64,000 nucleotides of DNA, taken from assembly GCA_010093815.1 (NCBI GenBank), contig ML996581.1; one strand, written 5' to 3'. Source of the DNA: Pseudovirgaria hyperparasitica. Lineage: Eukaryota. The position numbers and the translations under genes were made by a program. The notes below the pieces were generated by a model. The model ran no database searches. It worked only from the letters and a program-made list of their open reading frames with translations, and was not told the DNA's origin. Within the stretch, counting starts at the first letter, position 1. Every line of letters begins with the position of its first letter. This document shows positions 1-13,324 of this stretch, one piece after another.

Positions 1-275
1 CAGTGGAGGTATTTTCTCATCGTGAGCGGGCCAGGGGCGGTGGCTGTCTCGTGGGATAGTATTGAAGCACTGTTGAGGGCGTTGGTATTTTTGAATAGGC
101 CTGAGCTGCTGAGGGAGGAGATTTATGCGCTACCGGCAGAGATTAGAGAGGAGTGCGAGATCGTCGAATAGGCACTTGGAGGCTGGACTTCTCGGAGACG
201 CAACCTTTGCTAGAAATAGTTGTTGAGTACCAACCGCTCTATGTATGTCTATATTCTATGCAAACTCGGTCCCGT

Positions 276-1088
276 CTATGGCTGGCTCAAAGCCCCTGTC
301 GCTCGGGCGATGTCCAAGATGCCTTGGGCAGCTTCTGTGACATCAGCAGTCTTGAGCGGAATTCTGTGTGCTCCCTCCCATTCCATGAGCTTCCTGCTAC
401 TCTCTTCGCAGTACTCCTTGTATAGCATCCGATGCAAGTACAGGCCAGGATCCTGCAGCCCATGTATATGGAAAGTTGGTAGCTTAATCCTCGCCTCTTT
501 ATCGACCCCCTCATTTGCTTTTATAGCTCCATCAGTAACGGCGTCAACGGTGTGTAGTGATTTGCCTGTTTGTCTTGCCGGATCCAGCACAACCGGGGGC
601 GCCCTTCCAGCCATAAGGACCCCGAACCTCCACCTCACACCCTCCACACCGCACGTCCCCACGCCTTTACCAGCCGATAACTGCGCCTCCCGCGTTTGCT
701 GCTCCAAGAGCATACTCGCCGCCATCTTTGCGCCCTGGCTAAAGCCTACAAGTCCAACCCACTCTCCGGTTGCACCTTGCCGATTGTCGTCTTCGATGGC
801 ACACCGTAGACTATATGTGATCTCTTCCAGGGCACTCTCTACATGAACCGGCGCGTGCTCCTCTTTCCACCGGAGCCAGCGACGGAACGGGCCGTGTTCG
901 CCATAGACTGTGACGATGTCTGGGTGCGGGGGGCAGAGGAAGGGTGCGTCGACGAAGACGCATCGGAAGTGCTGCCGGAGGAGAGGAAGGAGTGTGCGGC
1001 ACTGCGTTTCGTAGATGAAGGCGTTTACGCCGCCGCCGTGCAGAAAGAGCAGGCGAGGAAGGGCGAGTGCCTCGGACGACACAACCAT
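276..1088 (-). CDS. FSH1-family serine hydrolase/esterase (CtnB-like)
   Basis: Single-exon 270-aa ORF with LFLHGGG, nucleophile motif GFSQG, HIHGLQDPG and WEGAHRIP (Ser-Asp-His triad pattern of the FSH1 family). Confidence 0.88.
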   Translation of the reverse strand: MVVSSEALALPRLLFLHGGGVNAFIYETQCRTLLPLLRQHFRCVFVDAPFLCPPHPDIVTVYGEHGPFRRWLRWKEEHAPVHVESALEEITYSLRCAIEDDNRQGATGEWVGLVGFSQGAKMAASMLLEQQTREAQLSAGKGVGTCGVEGVRWRFGVLMAGRAPPVVLDPARQTGKSLHTVDAVTDGAIKANEGVDKEARIKLPTFHIHGLQDPGLYLHRMLYKEYCEESSRKLMEWEGAHRIPLKTADVTEAAQGILDIARATGALSQP

Positions 1089-1866
1089 TTTCCCTATGAG
1101 CGAGCGTTTCGGTGTTCGCGCTGGCGCGGAGGAATAGATTGTCGATGTCGCGGGCCGTGGTCAGCCTGGTTCCCTGGAATCTACGCTGAAGTGTCACGAT
1201 GGAGTCACAGGAGCAAGTACAAGTCTAAACAAGACTGAATGATGTTGTTAGTAGTTGGCCGGAGTATCTCGGCGGTTCATATCTTCCACCGGAGGGGGCT
1301 GCAGGCCGGACTTCGGTGATGCTGCCAGCCAGCATCAGGCACAAGCCGGAGCCGGTTTCGTCGGCGTCCGTTCCACTGTATATCGCTTTGATGTTTTACA
1401 TTGTGACTGGCACGATGAGACTAGGTTATCTGTCTCCTGTTCTGTTCGGATGTGAAGTCGTTGTCACGGTACTTCTTACTTTTGTCTTCCCCGCTCGTAT
1501 AACGCAAGTGCATGGCATTCTAGGACCTGCAGCCAGCCACATCACGGAGTGAAGTCCGTCGCAGTCATCCTCATGTCGCTCTGGCTTCTTTATACTGAAC
1601 ATACTCACTATAACTGCTCTACAGTCTCCGCTCTTGACCATGGAAACATCTGTCATAGTGGCCAGAATACTATTCATTTTCAGATAGCCGATACCGCTCC
1701 GTTCTGAATGGGTACCGGGATGGGCGGCCTGATGGATCCCCGCACGCGACTAATTCGCCCGAGTGCAGCTTGAGATGAGACAACATCTACATCTCTTGGC
1801 TATTGAACTCTTAGATCTTGCGATTTCATTCTCTTAGGGTATTAATCTGTCTTACCTCGCTAGGGC

Positions 1867-3586
1867 ATGTCTACAGGTCTATCATCTCTGAAATGGTTCT
1901 ACCATGAGTTCGGACTCGGATCTATTCACGAAACAGGCCGTGATGCCTACCTCATCATCTTAGCCAGATCATGTCGAATGTTTGCATATGGGACAAATTC
2001 ACTGATATTAGGTCTGTTCTTGATGTTGTGTGTAGGGTGAAGTCTTGTTGCTCATACATAATCCAGCCATCTTCTTCTCGGCTCTCGACTTTTCCGACCA
2101 CCAAATTGGCGCGTTCATGACATTGACCCTTGTTGGAGATGTATTTCTTGGCACGTTTCTTACGCTCATAGCTGATCGGGTTGGGAGGAGGAGAGTTCTT
2201 CTGGCAGGCTCGGTGTTGATGATACTCAGCGGTGCAATTTTTGCTATCTTCGAGAACTTTTGGATCCTGCTTCTTGCAGCTATCGTGGGAGTCATCAGTA
2301 TCACAGGGGGTGATTACGGTCCGTTTCGTGCGGTGGAAGAGTGAGACAACATGGACACTGAATTCTGGGTACAGGTTCCACTAACCCATCTCAGATCAAT
2401 GCTGTCTCAATTGACTACTCCTTCGACCAGATCTGACGTGCTGGCATGGTATGTCACCATTTCCGCCATTGGATCGAGTATTGGCAGCGAAGCATCTGGC
2501 AGGATAGTCAATTCACTACAGAATCGAGAAGGATGGGAGCCGGTCAGTGCATATCATATGCTGTTCTGGATATACGCAGCCATGGGTATTGTCAACGTCG
2601 TCATGGTCTTGTGCTTGACCGATGCCTGCGAGGCGCATCCGTCCGACTCATATGCACAAATACCGCAAGAAGACCACCACCCCAGCAACGGGGCATCAAG
2701 CACACACAACACACCAGCAATCGACCTCGTGCCTCCACCTGTTCAATCCTGGCCGGCAAAAGCCAAGTCATGGTTTGTCGGCTCTCTGTCCCAGATCTCC
2801 GCTCCAACGCGGTCCACGATGTATAAGCTCTGGTTCTTACTGTCCGTCGACTCGCTCGCAGACGGAATGGTGCCCTGGTCAATCACAAATTACTACACAG
2901 ACACAAAGTTCCACCCGGCCAAGTCGACGTTGGGCGATATCACGTCCGTTGGCTACTTCCTGGCTGCCATCGGCGCCGTATTCGCAGGACCGCTGGCACG
3001 CAAGCTCGGGTTGATCAACACCATGGTCTTCACACACGTGCCTTCGTCCGCTGCCGTGGTCCTCTTCCCAGCGGCCCCGTACCTATGGATGGCAGCGCTT
3101 CTCCTCTTCGTTCGAGCCGGCCTCAACAACATGGATCAAGCGCCTCGCGTCGCCTTCATCTCAGCTGTTGTCAAGCCCTCCGAACGCACAGCAGTCATGG
3201 GAATTACAAGCACGCTACGCACATTAGCCGCGACGGCCGGACCTACAGTCACGGGTTTGCTAGCCGGTGGAGATCGATTCTGGGTTGCTTTTGTGGCTGC
3301 AGGGCTCTTCCGCCTCGCGTACGACTTTGGGCTGTACTTTATGTTCAGAAATATGGAGCTGCACCAGCATGAGCCGAAGACGGAGGAGGCCTCGCCCAAC
3401 GGGCATGGAACCAGGCGGGAGAGGGATGAAGAGGACGTTCTCGAGATGGCTAGTCTTACAGACTCGCAGAGCAGTGACGATGGAGGCGAGGACGGAGAGT
3501 TGATCACCAAGGTGAACAGTGGCCTTCAACTACCAAGGTCCAATGAAAGAGTTCGGAGTAGAAGTCCTCATCGATCTACGGAGTAG
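1867..3586 (+). CDS. Major facilitator superfamily transporter
   Basis: ATG at 1867; GT-AG introns 2012-2066 and 2341-2394 join in frame; MFS motif A ADRVGRRR and many hydrophobic helices. Confidence 0.9.
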
Positions 3587-6500
3587 AGTGCGCGTCTTCT
3601 GGCGTAATAGAGGCAGCACGGAGCACATGATATCATTCTTTTCGCAACCAATTTCCCACTTGGGCCACTTGGGAGGGTCTCGACAGTATAAGCAATACTA
3701 TAGCAACTACCTGTTACCAGTCTAAACCATGCCAATCACCTCCATTCTCCCATCAAAGTTTCAGGACTCGATCAAGCGACCCATCGTCTCGTCTTGGCCA
3801 AAATTGAGCCTCAGGAACATACGTCACACAATCCGTGACACTCACAACATTAATCCTTCAAACCTCCTTTGCGATTCTAATGCATATACTTGCACCTGCC
3901 AACAGTCAAGACAAAACAAAACAAATAACTCACCACTACCACGACTACAACCATCCCCTCCCCCTCCCACTCTCCAAAGCCAACTCACTCACAACCCCGT
4001 ATTTCATTCCAGAATGCATTGTCTAGATGCACACACAGTACACATCTAGTCCGACCGACCCCCCGGGCCCCGAAGAGTGCAGCAGTAGGTACATACGAGA
4101 AACAAGGCAAATAAGGCAACGGGTACATGCGGAGACCAGATCCCTGCTTCCCGCCGAGTGCGCGGTAGTGTGGAGAAAGGGTCGCCTTGCTTTTTGGGCA
4201 GCACTTATGACATGGGTGGGGGGTCTTTTTCTGGGTAATGGGTCCTATCTATCCTTTGGCGATTGTATGGGGTAGAGTGCGCCTTGTGGGCCTGGATGAG
4301 GTGTTTTGAAAGAAGCGTGATTGGGGTGAGCGTAGGGCTGGTGAGAGGAGGGGAGGGGAGGGAAGTGAGATTGGGACTGGGAATGGGAATAGGAATGGTC
4401 ATGGGATGAAGACGAGGTGCTGGGCTTTATGCCTTGAGAGCTGGGGATGTTTGAAGACTGTGATGAATGGACGGAGGAAAGTTTGGTATATCGAGTCGAT
4501 ACGTACAGAATGTTACTATATGGTAGGATTGGAAACCAGGCAACGCCAACATCCCAGTGCCCACCCGCATACCTGCACACCACGGCTGCAAAGTTCCGGA
4601 TCGTCATAGGATCCAAAACCCAAGACCTCGCCTCGTGCGTCAGACATTTGCGCTTCGTCGTCGTCGTCGTCGCACAGAACGTGTCTTCTGTGCGCCCGGC
4701 AGATAGACACAACCACGACCACGACCACGCCTATATGACTCCCACTTCGCTTGTGGCTTTTTGCGCCCCGGGTGGAAAAACGCTTCACTCTCGTTGCTAT
4801 CTATCCCCGGCAACGCATCGATGTCCGCCATGAAATCTGCACGCGCACACGGCGCTTCGTCTGGAAATCTGCCCGTGCCACCTCGTTCAGACCACCCTGA
4901 CGACTATTTACCTTCGCTTCGTACCTCTAGTGGTCTCACACAGGACGGGTTGGGAGGACAAGGAAGTAGACGTATCGATCGCAAGCCGACAATCAGCGAA
5001 CGGTGATGGAAAATGCGTGAACGAGTGTACCGGCATCGAGAGGGTGAGCAAGGATGTGGCGAGGACGGAGACGTCGTGGGACCCGAGTCTCCTCCTCTTC
5101 TTGTATCATCATCGTCGTGCTTTGCATGCAGCAGCACTGCGAGTATTACAATTTCTTGCAGTGTCCAATGTGGTGATGGCCCAAGGACACAAGGGTCTAG
5201 AGTGTTTGCATGGGTCAACCCTGGAGACGCGTGGATACCAGGTATTATTCAGAACGCTGTGGCGGAGGAGTCACGTATATCATAGAACGAGCGCGGATTT
5301 CCCGCGCCTCTCGATAGTGCTTCAGCGTCATGTGGTGGAAGGGCTGTTCACGACTCCCAACGCCTCACGACGCTCTCACAGCAGATATTCTATTCATACC
5401 GGCCGTACCAAAAGTCCAAGAAGATGAACCGCGCGCACGGTACCCGATCTCAAGTCTGGAGTATCTCAGTCTGATCGGAGGCTGGGAATGGCCTTGTAGG
5501 TGGTTTGGATCTCCATTGCGTGCCAGGTGAAACCCTGCCATGCGAGAGAGAGAAAAAACACATGGCGCGCAAGAGGCCGAGGTGAGGGAGGAGGAGGGAG
5601 AGGGCTATGAATAAATGAGAGAACAACCAGCGCGAAACCTTACCAGTCGGAGAAATGGTGGTTGACACACGGGCTGCGATGCAACATGGCGGCGCAGCAC
5701 AGCAGCAGATGCGAACCTGGAGAAGGCGACGTGCATGTCTATCTCTCAGGACATCACCAGCCACAGAGCAGTCCCGCCCTCGACACTGTGGAAGACTGGT
5801 GTGAGCGCCGCCGTTTCGGTATCACGCCGTTGCAAGCAAGGCGATTCATTCTTCCTGGGCCGAGTGCCCATGTTCTTACTTTTCCTCCTCGTTGATCTGT
5901 AGCGGTGGCGTTGACAAGGGTGGCTGGTGCGGAACAAAGTCAAACAACTAGGCAGTTTCTGGGAGTGTGGATTGATGTTGGAAAGTCGGTGACATGACTC
6001 GATGCACAACGGTCTATTCTTGGAAGCTGGCAAGTTGGCAGTAATCTAATAGAGTAAGTGACTCACACACGATCGAAGTGAGCTTTCGATACCGACCTCG
6101 ATACTCAGAAGAGTGAGTGATGGGTGGCATATGGACGGGGGACAAAGCGAGGCTGATGTCGCTTCTGGCACTACACCAAGCAACAGACCCAGAAGAAGAA
6201 TTCGAAGAGAAAGAAGCAAGTCGTGTGATGCGGAGAGCATGAGACATGCACGCAAGCTGGAACATAAGTGCTTAGTGGCTGCCTCGAGTATTGATCTGCC
6301 GCCTGGATGAAGAGGTGTCAGCCGAGCAGATGACATAGGCTCATATCTGATAGTAGACAATACGACGCGCGTGTGTGTAAGTGTGTGCCGTGTATGCAGC
6401 AATAAAGAGTGCTCATCGGTGCGATCTGATGGGAGCAAAAAGCACCACTGCAGAGAGCGGCAGCGGCCAGGCCAGACCAGGACGAGCTGACAGGATTGCG

Positions 6501-8220
6501 TTAGACTGTCACTTAGCTCTGTAGGGCTCTCTCGCCAGGAATCACCAAGTGAAGACTTCAGACTTGATTAAGACGCAAGAGGCATGATTGATGCGAAGGA
6601 GGGGGGGCGGAGGAGTGTTAGGAGTGTTAGGAGGGGGAATGAATGGGTCCGAGATGGATGATAGGCGTCGTGTAGCGGGCCGCCCCATGGGCCGCTTATA
6701 GCACTCTGGTCTGGCATTTTGGCATTTCTGGTTGACTATCGACAACGACGGCACGGATATTCGTAATCCTCTAATCCTACTCTTACGTCTTCCGGTATCG
6801 CACTGTATTGCATCTCACTCCCCTTGCGTTTCCGTAGGCTATGCATAGTACAGTACGTGGAGAGGAGTACGACCCTCCCGCGTGTTTGTCATGAGGTGAT
6901 GAAGATCGGTGGTCGTGGGACGGTACGGGTACGGTACCGCCATCTATCCGTTCCAGAGCAACCAAGGTCACGAAAGGTGGATACGCGTTAATCCGAACTG
7001 AATGACCATGTTATTAATTACTCTAGAACAATCACTCACTGGTACGGTACGTCTGATTTTTTGATACAGCTCTCAGTACAAGGACATTGCTCTCTCATCA
7101 TGTTTGTCTCCATCTGCTTGCTCCAGGCCTCTAACAGCGCCTCGCCTGGACCCGCTCCCTTGTGACCGACCTCTGCAATCATTATCAGTGCATTCACCCA
7201 GCGCTTGTAGCCTCATGATGAGCTACAAACCAGCTCGTCGGGCTGGCTGACAATCGCCCTGCTCGCTACAGACGAGAGGCTAGAGAGAGTTGGAGAGGCT
7301 TAAGCACCACAAACAGTGCGATAGAGGGATTCGCTGAATGGAATCAATCGGCCAGCAGTTGGCTGCAGTGCAAAATGCGGCGACGAGGTTTCCTGGCCAG
7401 TCACTAGCACCGAAGCCCGCCATTTGTTGATTTGAATGCACAACTACCCGACTGATGTCTGCAATTCGAGGCGGCCTATCAGCGTACATCGGCTTGTTTC
7501 GCGTACATCCCACGGCCTCTGTTTGGTGGAGTGCAGAAGAGGATTATGGCTGTCGAGGAGAAATACGCATCGCTACTGGGGGCGCGAGAGGGCTGGAGAT
7601 GGCCATAGACTGGCTGCCCAGGACGACTTTCTAGGGCAAAAACTTCCATAGTGCTCCCTAACCCCCCTTCAGCCACCCCCCTCCCCCCCCTGGCAAAACA
7701 GTCAAAATCCCCGACCCAGCGTTGCCCAGCATGTCCCAGCTTGTACTGGGATGAGTCTTCTCTTCTGCTGTGATGCGAAAGGAAGAACGAGCTACTACTA
7801 CATATGGTTCCTTTGTCCTTCAGTGACAAGCTATTCCCTTCAACTAGTTACCATATCCTCTCCACAAGACACGCGTACGAACATCATCTTGATCTTGATC
7901 GACGACTTCTTGTTGCACGCGCATCCATCAACTTTGGCTATACCACCTTTCATCAAGCCGTGCATATATTACGATACCTGAGACCTGGCAGATTGCTAGC
8001 ACCAGCACCAACACCTGCACTGCAGCGTTCTTATATCCTTGAGACCTGCAGCAGCACCGACACGCCACCTACACACACCATACAGAGAGCACTTCCAAGC
8101 ACCTACACACGCAGTCGACGAGCTTTCTGCCATTGAAGGCTCATACACAGCATCCCGAAGGAGACAGACTGCTGCAGTCCCCGGCCGGTCGTCCTCCCCA
8201 TCTGATCAAAGTAGAGGCGC

Positions 8221-8262
8221 GACTAGGGCGACTAGGGCGACTAGAGCGACTAGAGTGACTAG
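8221..8262. repeat. 9-bp minisatellite GACTAG(R)G(Y), 5 copies
   Basis: gactagggc gactagggc gactagagc gactagagt gactag read directly; CTCGCTA repeats nearby at 8424-8454. Confidence 0.9.
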
Positions 8263-8859
8263 CCGAGCCAGCTGCCACCACACGGCCCACCCTTCCGCTA
8301 TCGTTCCCCCCCCTCCCGCACCGCAACCACCACCACCCACACACACCCACGCAGCCACACAATCACTCACCACCACTACTACTACGACTACTACTCATTA
8401 CTACTACTACGTCTACTCAAAAACTCGCTATTAATCGCTACTCGCTACTCGCTACTCACTCTCACACACACACCTCGCTACCGTCTACCGTCCAGCGCCC
8501 TCGTCCTGGTCCCCGTCTTCCCCGCCTTCTCACATACACTCTTCGCATTCTCTCTTCTCTACTATCTTGTTCACCTTCACAACACCATCACCACCCTTCT
8601 CTGTCTCCTACGCTGCCGACACCGCAGTGCAATTCCTCCCTCCACGTCTCTGCTTGACGTTTTCGCCCTTCACTGCGTCTGCTCTGCCTGTTCGCTGTGC
8701 TGTCTTGGCCGTTGCACGCTGTTACTGATTGCCTAAACGAGCAATCGTACACCGCTACTCCCGCTCCAACGCTGCTATCTCGCTACAAGAAAGACTTTTC
8801 CCACGCCAGCAATTCTTCTTTTTCCGTATTTCAGCGTAACGTCCAGCACATCCTCTCAC

Positions 8860-10836
8860 ATGGCTTTTTCCGATCAAATGGACTTTAGGCGTCCGCCTTC
8901 AACCATTGCCATGGACCGCAAGCCCTCTCTGTTCTTCGACGATGCTCTGTACGAAGGCCTGGAGTCTTCAACGCCCGTACCGGGCTCTGCAACCACACTA
9001 TCGCCCACATTCTCTCCGGATAGTTTTGGTTTGGATGACTACTCCCAGACGGCAATGGTTGACCGGACACTCTCCACCAACAATCCGTTCCTGGAGGCTT
9101 CCAACAACCCATATCGTCACTCCATGAACATGCAGCACCAACAGTCGTGGCCCATGTCAGATTCCTCCTCCGGCACGAGAACACCAACAGCGTCACACCC
9201 GTTTGACAACTTCAATCCCGGGCCTGTGCAATTCATGTCGAATGCATCTGACACCTCTTCTTTCCATGGCATGTCCGGCAACAACGTTCGTCCTAGCTCG
9301 GTGTTTCCGCCCACGCCGATGGACAGCCTACCAACTCCCATGTCACCCCACTCCAACAAGGAATGGATGGAGATGAACCAGATGGAACACCGTGCTGGTC
9401 CGAAACGCATGCGGCCGAATACTCCTCCCCGTTCATATTCACCGTTTCGACGTGGTGACGGCATTCGAAAGAAGAACGCCCGCTTCGACATCCCACAGGA
9501 TCGCAATCTTCTCAACATCGACAATCTAATCGCCAGCTGCGAAGATGCCGACGAGCTCAAGGAACTCAAGCAGCAGAAGCGACTACTCCGGAATAGACAG
9601 GCCGCGTACGACTCCCCTCCTGTTATTTTTGGTCCTTCGGTCCACCGCGATCTTTTGGTTTTTTTGATCCGTTTGCTAACTTATCTACAGTCTTGATTCA
9701 CGCCAGCGCAAGAAGAAGCACACTGAAGACCTCGAAGAGGAGAAGAAGATGTGGTCCGAGAGACTGACTCAGATGGAGGACGAAGTCCAACGTCTGAGCT
9801 TAGCATGCCAGCAAGTGTCGCAAGAGAAAGAGATGTGGCGCCACCAATGTAGCGAGGGCCAGCACATCATCGAGTCCTTGAACATGGAGAAGGAAGACAT
9901 GATCCGTACCCACACTCTCGAGACTGGAGAACTGCGCAAGAAGAACTCCATCCTGACCGAGAAACTCGAGGCTGCCACCAGTGGCGCCATGTCTGTTGCC
10001 CCTAGTACCACCAGCTTTTCTGACTTTCCGGACATGGACAACCTCAACATGGGTGCGAGCGATTGGGACAACTACATCTTCGTCGACGAATACGCCGAAC
10101 AGCAGCCCGGTCAACATGTTACACAGCCGCAACCCGAAACCTCTCTCGTCGTTTCTCATCGGTCCAAGGATCTTGTCTCGGAACAAGAAAAGCCTGTCGC
10201 TTCTGGTCTTCTCCTCATGCTTCTCCTGTGTGGTGCTTTTGTCGCCAGCAAGTCGTCCGGTAATTCGAGCCCACCAATGCCACGCATGCCTGAAGAGGTC
10301 CGCGCTGCCTCTGCTACGGTTCTCGACACGATATTCAAAGATGCCGGTGTTGCGAAGTCTCCGTCCACTGAGAATTTCATCGCCAACCGTGTTCAGTCTC
10401 TTGGTGAATCTGCTCCTTCTGGTGTCGCCTGGCCACAGCCGAACGACTTCAAAACGTCTCTCGATCAGCACTTCAACCAGCTTTCGGCGCCTACGAAAGA
10501 TCAAGAAGCTGAAGCAGCTTTTGGAATGACAGCATCACAATACAACAGCTTGACCTCGACCGACTTCTCCCGGAGGGTGTTCAGTGTACCAAGTGATGAC
10601 TCCTCTGAAGGTCTATCGCCCAGCTCGCAACCTTCGTATCGACGGAACCTTGCAGAGTCACTAGCCGCCATGCGTCAACAAAACAAAGGCGAGGGCGCTG
10701 CTGAAGTGTATACTCGCAGTCTACTCTGGGACAGAATACCGGCTGAGGTCGTCCGCGACTTCAAGCGCATGGTCGAGGAAAGCGAGCGTATAGCCACCAC
10801 ATCACCGGGCGGTCCAGATACTGTCAAGTGCGAATA
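8860..10836 (+). CDS. bZIP transcription factor with a post-zipper transmembrane segment (LziP/ADA-1-like)
   Basis: Intron 9606-9690 joins the basic region KRLLRNRQAA-LDSRQRKKKHTEDLEEEK; a coiled coil follows, then hydrophobic ASGLLLMLLLCGAFVAS. Confidence 0.88.
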
Positions 10837-12270
10837 AGTCCATCTCTCTACCTGTCAGGCCTTTCTATGAATATCTTCAGGTTCGTCATTGATTCCATGA
10901 GGGGCTTCGCACTTGCGCATCATTTCTTCGACTGCATCTGGTTGGGGCGGCATCTTACATTCTTCGACAAAAGGCGTCGCTGAGTCCGATTGCGGAAACG
11001 CACCTACTCATTACTGCATCTGCCGGGCTGGCTACTTTCTTCTGCGTGGTATACTCAACATTGCATCCTCGATTATCTGGTATGGTTTTGCATCACTGAG
11101 ACGGCGTATACCGTCCTGGCTGGGATACCTGTTTCTTTTGTCTTGCATTTTCATCAGATTGGAATCTTGCGAGTACATCCTAAGGAAATCTGCTGACATA
11201 TTTGGTTTTTTTATTTGATTTTTGTCCTTGTCCTGCAAAGCGTAGCGAGCGAGTTTTGATTTCTTGTCTTTCAGTCCCCAAACTACCCCCCTCTCCCCCT
11301 GTTCACACGCTTTATATACTCACAGCGCGGCGACCGCGTAACGAACCAAACCCGACGACACGTAGCGATTCATGATGGTCCCTTTTTAAGCAAGCGGCAT
11401 TGCAAACAGCATTCTGCTTCGCGTCTCATTTGTCTCTACATACACACGACATCTTGTACTTGCACGACCTAGCAGGATATGGTGGATGCGGAGACAGCAC
11501 ATTACACGAAGCAAAGAGCTACGATCACGAACATATGACCTGACGATTACGAGACACAATGTTTGGACACGAAGCGAGCACTTGGCAACCCTTTTTATTT
11601 TCCTTCACTTCTTGGCTCGAAAGAGCGCGGGCATCCCGCTTCTTGCGGATGTCCTCTATCTGATTTTATTTGTCCTTTGTCATCTCCATTTAGCAAGCGA
11701 GCACTTTATATCAGGAATTGGGAATGGGAATGGAATTAGAATGATTGCGAACATGGCTGGCAACAGACCACTCCCACACACTTCCCCTTCAAATGGGGGG
11801 AAACACTACAATTTCTTCTTCTTGAGTTTCTTGTCCCTTTGGACTTTCTGGTTTATCTGCGTCCACTGTTCCCCGAGGACAAGCCTCTTCCTTTGTCGGC
11901 TGCTCCTTGGGTTGGGTTTAGCTCTACACCAGTTTAATCGGATGATTACTCTTTTGACGATGTGCAAGAACGTATGGAGCGGGCGATCGTGTATGTAGTC
12001 GGATGCGTCTTTTCAACATTCTATCCCCTTGCCTCGCTCCCAACCCCCCTTCCCCCAATCCTCATTGGATCGATCGCTTGCGAGAGTGATGCGGTGGGGT
12101 AAAAAAAGGCAATACTACACACTTTTTTCCGAATGAAAATAACAACAAATTGCTCTGCCACTGTCTGTTTTGCCAACTTGTCGTGTATATGCCCTGTGTG
12201 TTTTGTTGTGCCTGTGACATAATGGTGAGACTTGCCACTACCTTATTCTCACTTGCTTGTTACCACAGTC

Positions 12271-12296
12271 ACACACACACACACACACACACACAC
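12271..12296. repeat. (AC)13 microsatellite, first of a cluster: (AT)9 at 12438-12455 and TCAC/CTAC, GCA and GCTG runs to about 12840
   Basis: Read directly from the sequence. Confidence 0.95.
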
Positions 12297-13050
12297 CCTC
12301 TTCAAATCTCCTCATGATATCTGATATTACTGGGTGAGTATCTTGAATCCATACATACAGAAGCAGCACTAACTAAAAACAAAGACCTTTGTATATGCTG
12401 TATCTATCATTTGCGCGCGTGTGTAGTACTCGTCTCAATATATATATATATATATTCATATGTACATAAGAGTGATCCTCGACCTACCTACACATACGCA
12501 TACGAGTTCCCTTCATCACTCAATCACTCAGTCACTCACTCATCCATCCTATAGCCAAGCTTCAGCACAGCCGCTGCCTACGTACATACCCACCTACCCA
12601 CCCACCTACCTACCTACCCGTAGACCTCCCCGTAGACTTACCCACAAACCTGCATCGCACCTGCGCTCGCTATCCACAGCAGCGGCTGCAGGAGCGGGAA
12701 GCAGCAGGAGCAGCAGGAGCAGCAGCAGCAGCAGCGGCAGCGGAGGGAGATCGACCGTGGCAAAACAGTGTGTGTTAGGTGTCTGCAGCTAAAACGGAAT
12801 AGGACATGCTGCAGTAGCTGGCTGGCTGGCTGGCTGGCGTAGGTAAAGTAAGGTATTGGTAGGTACTAACTGGTAGGTAGGTAAGAGGTAGATGACTAAG
12901 AAAAGCAAGCTATTGAAAAAGAACTTCCCACAAAGAGAGATAGATAGAGATCACTGGGTCGTTTTCGGTTTTTTTTTTGTGGGAGAATAGAAGAGTAGCT
13001 ACATACATACAGATAGGTCATGTGTGTGCGGGCGTGCACGCGTGGGGTAA

Positions 13051-13254
13051 ATGTGATCTGATACACATAAGCCCGATGTGGTGATTGGTGTAGGCTGTGG
13101 ACTATATGGCACGGTACCTGTCTGTCTGTCTGTCCGTCTGTGGTGTAGACAAATATCAATATTCCTGCTGCATTGCTGTCGGCCTATTGGACGGGTTATC
13201 ACGGGACTTTCCTTTTGTATCGATAGATATCTGATAAGTTTGGGCAGATCACAT
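13051..13254 (-). ncRNA. Candidate structured RNA with an RNase MRP/P-like core signature (unconfirmed)
   Basis: 10-bp terminal stem, GGAAAGUCCCG and ACAUCGGGCUUA forming a P4-like pairing with a bulged U; P2, P3 and the GARAR loop were not found. Confidence 0.2.
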
Positions 13255-13324
13255 CTAGATCGCAACAACCTCCCACCCACCCTCCAGCCCCCGCAAGCCT
13301 CGGCGTCCACCTTGCATACATATA

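Noticed and set aside
6888..7006. Possible C/D box snoRNA (GTGATGA at 6896, CTGA at 6998, GTCAT/ATGAC ends)
   Set aside because: The terminal stem is out of register for a k-turn, and I found no rRNA guide correctly placed next to a D or D' box.
7656..7664. CCCTAACCC as a telomerase RNA template
   Set aside because: A 9-mer of any telomere permutation is expected by chance in 64 kb, it is not the UAACCCUAA register, and no pseudoknot was seen.
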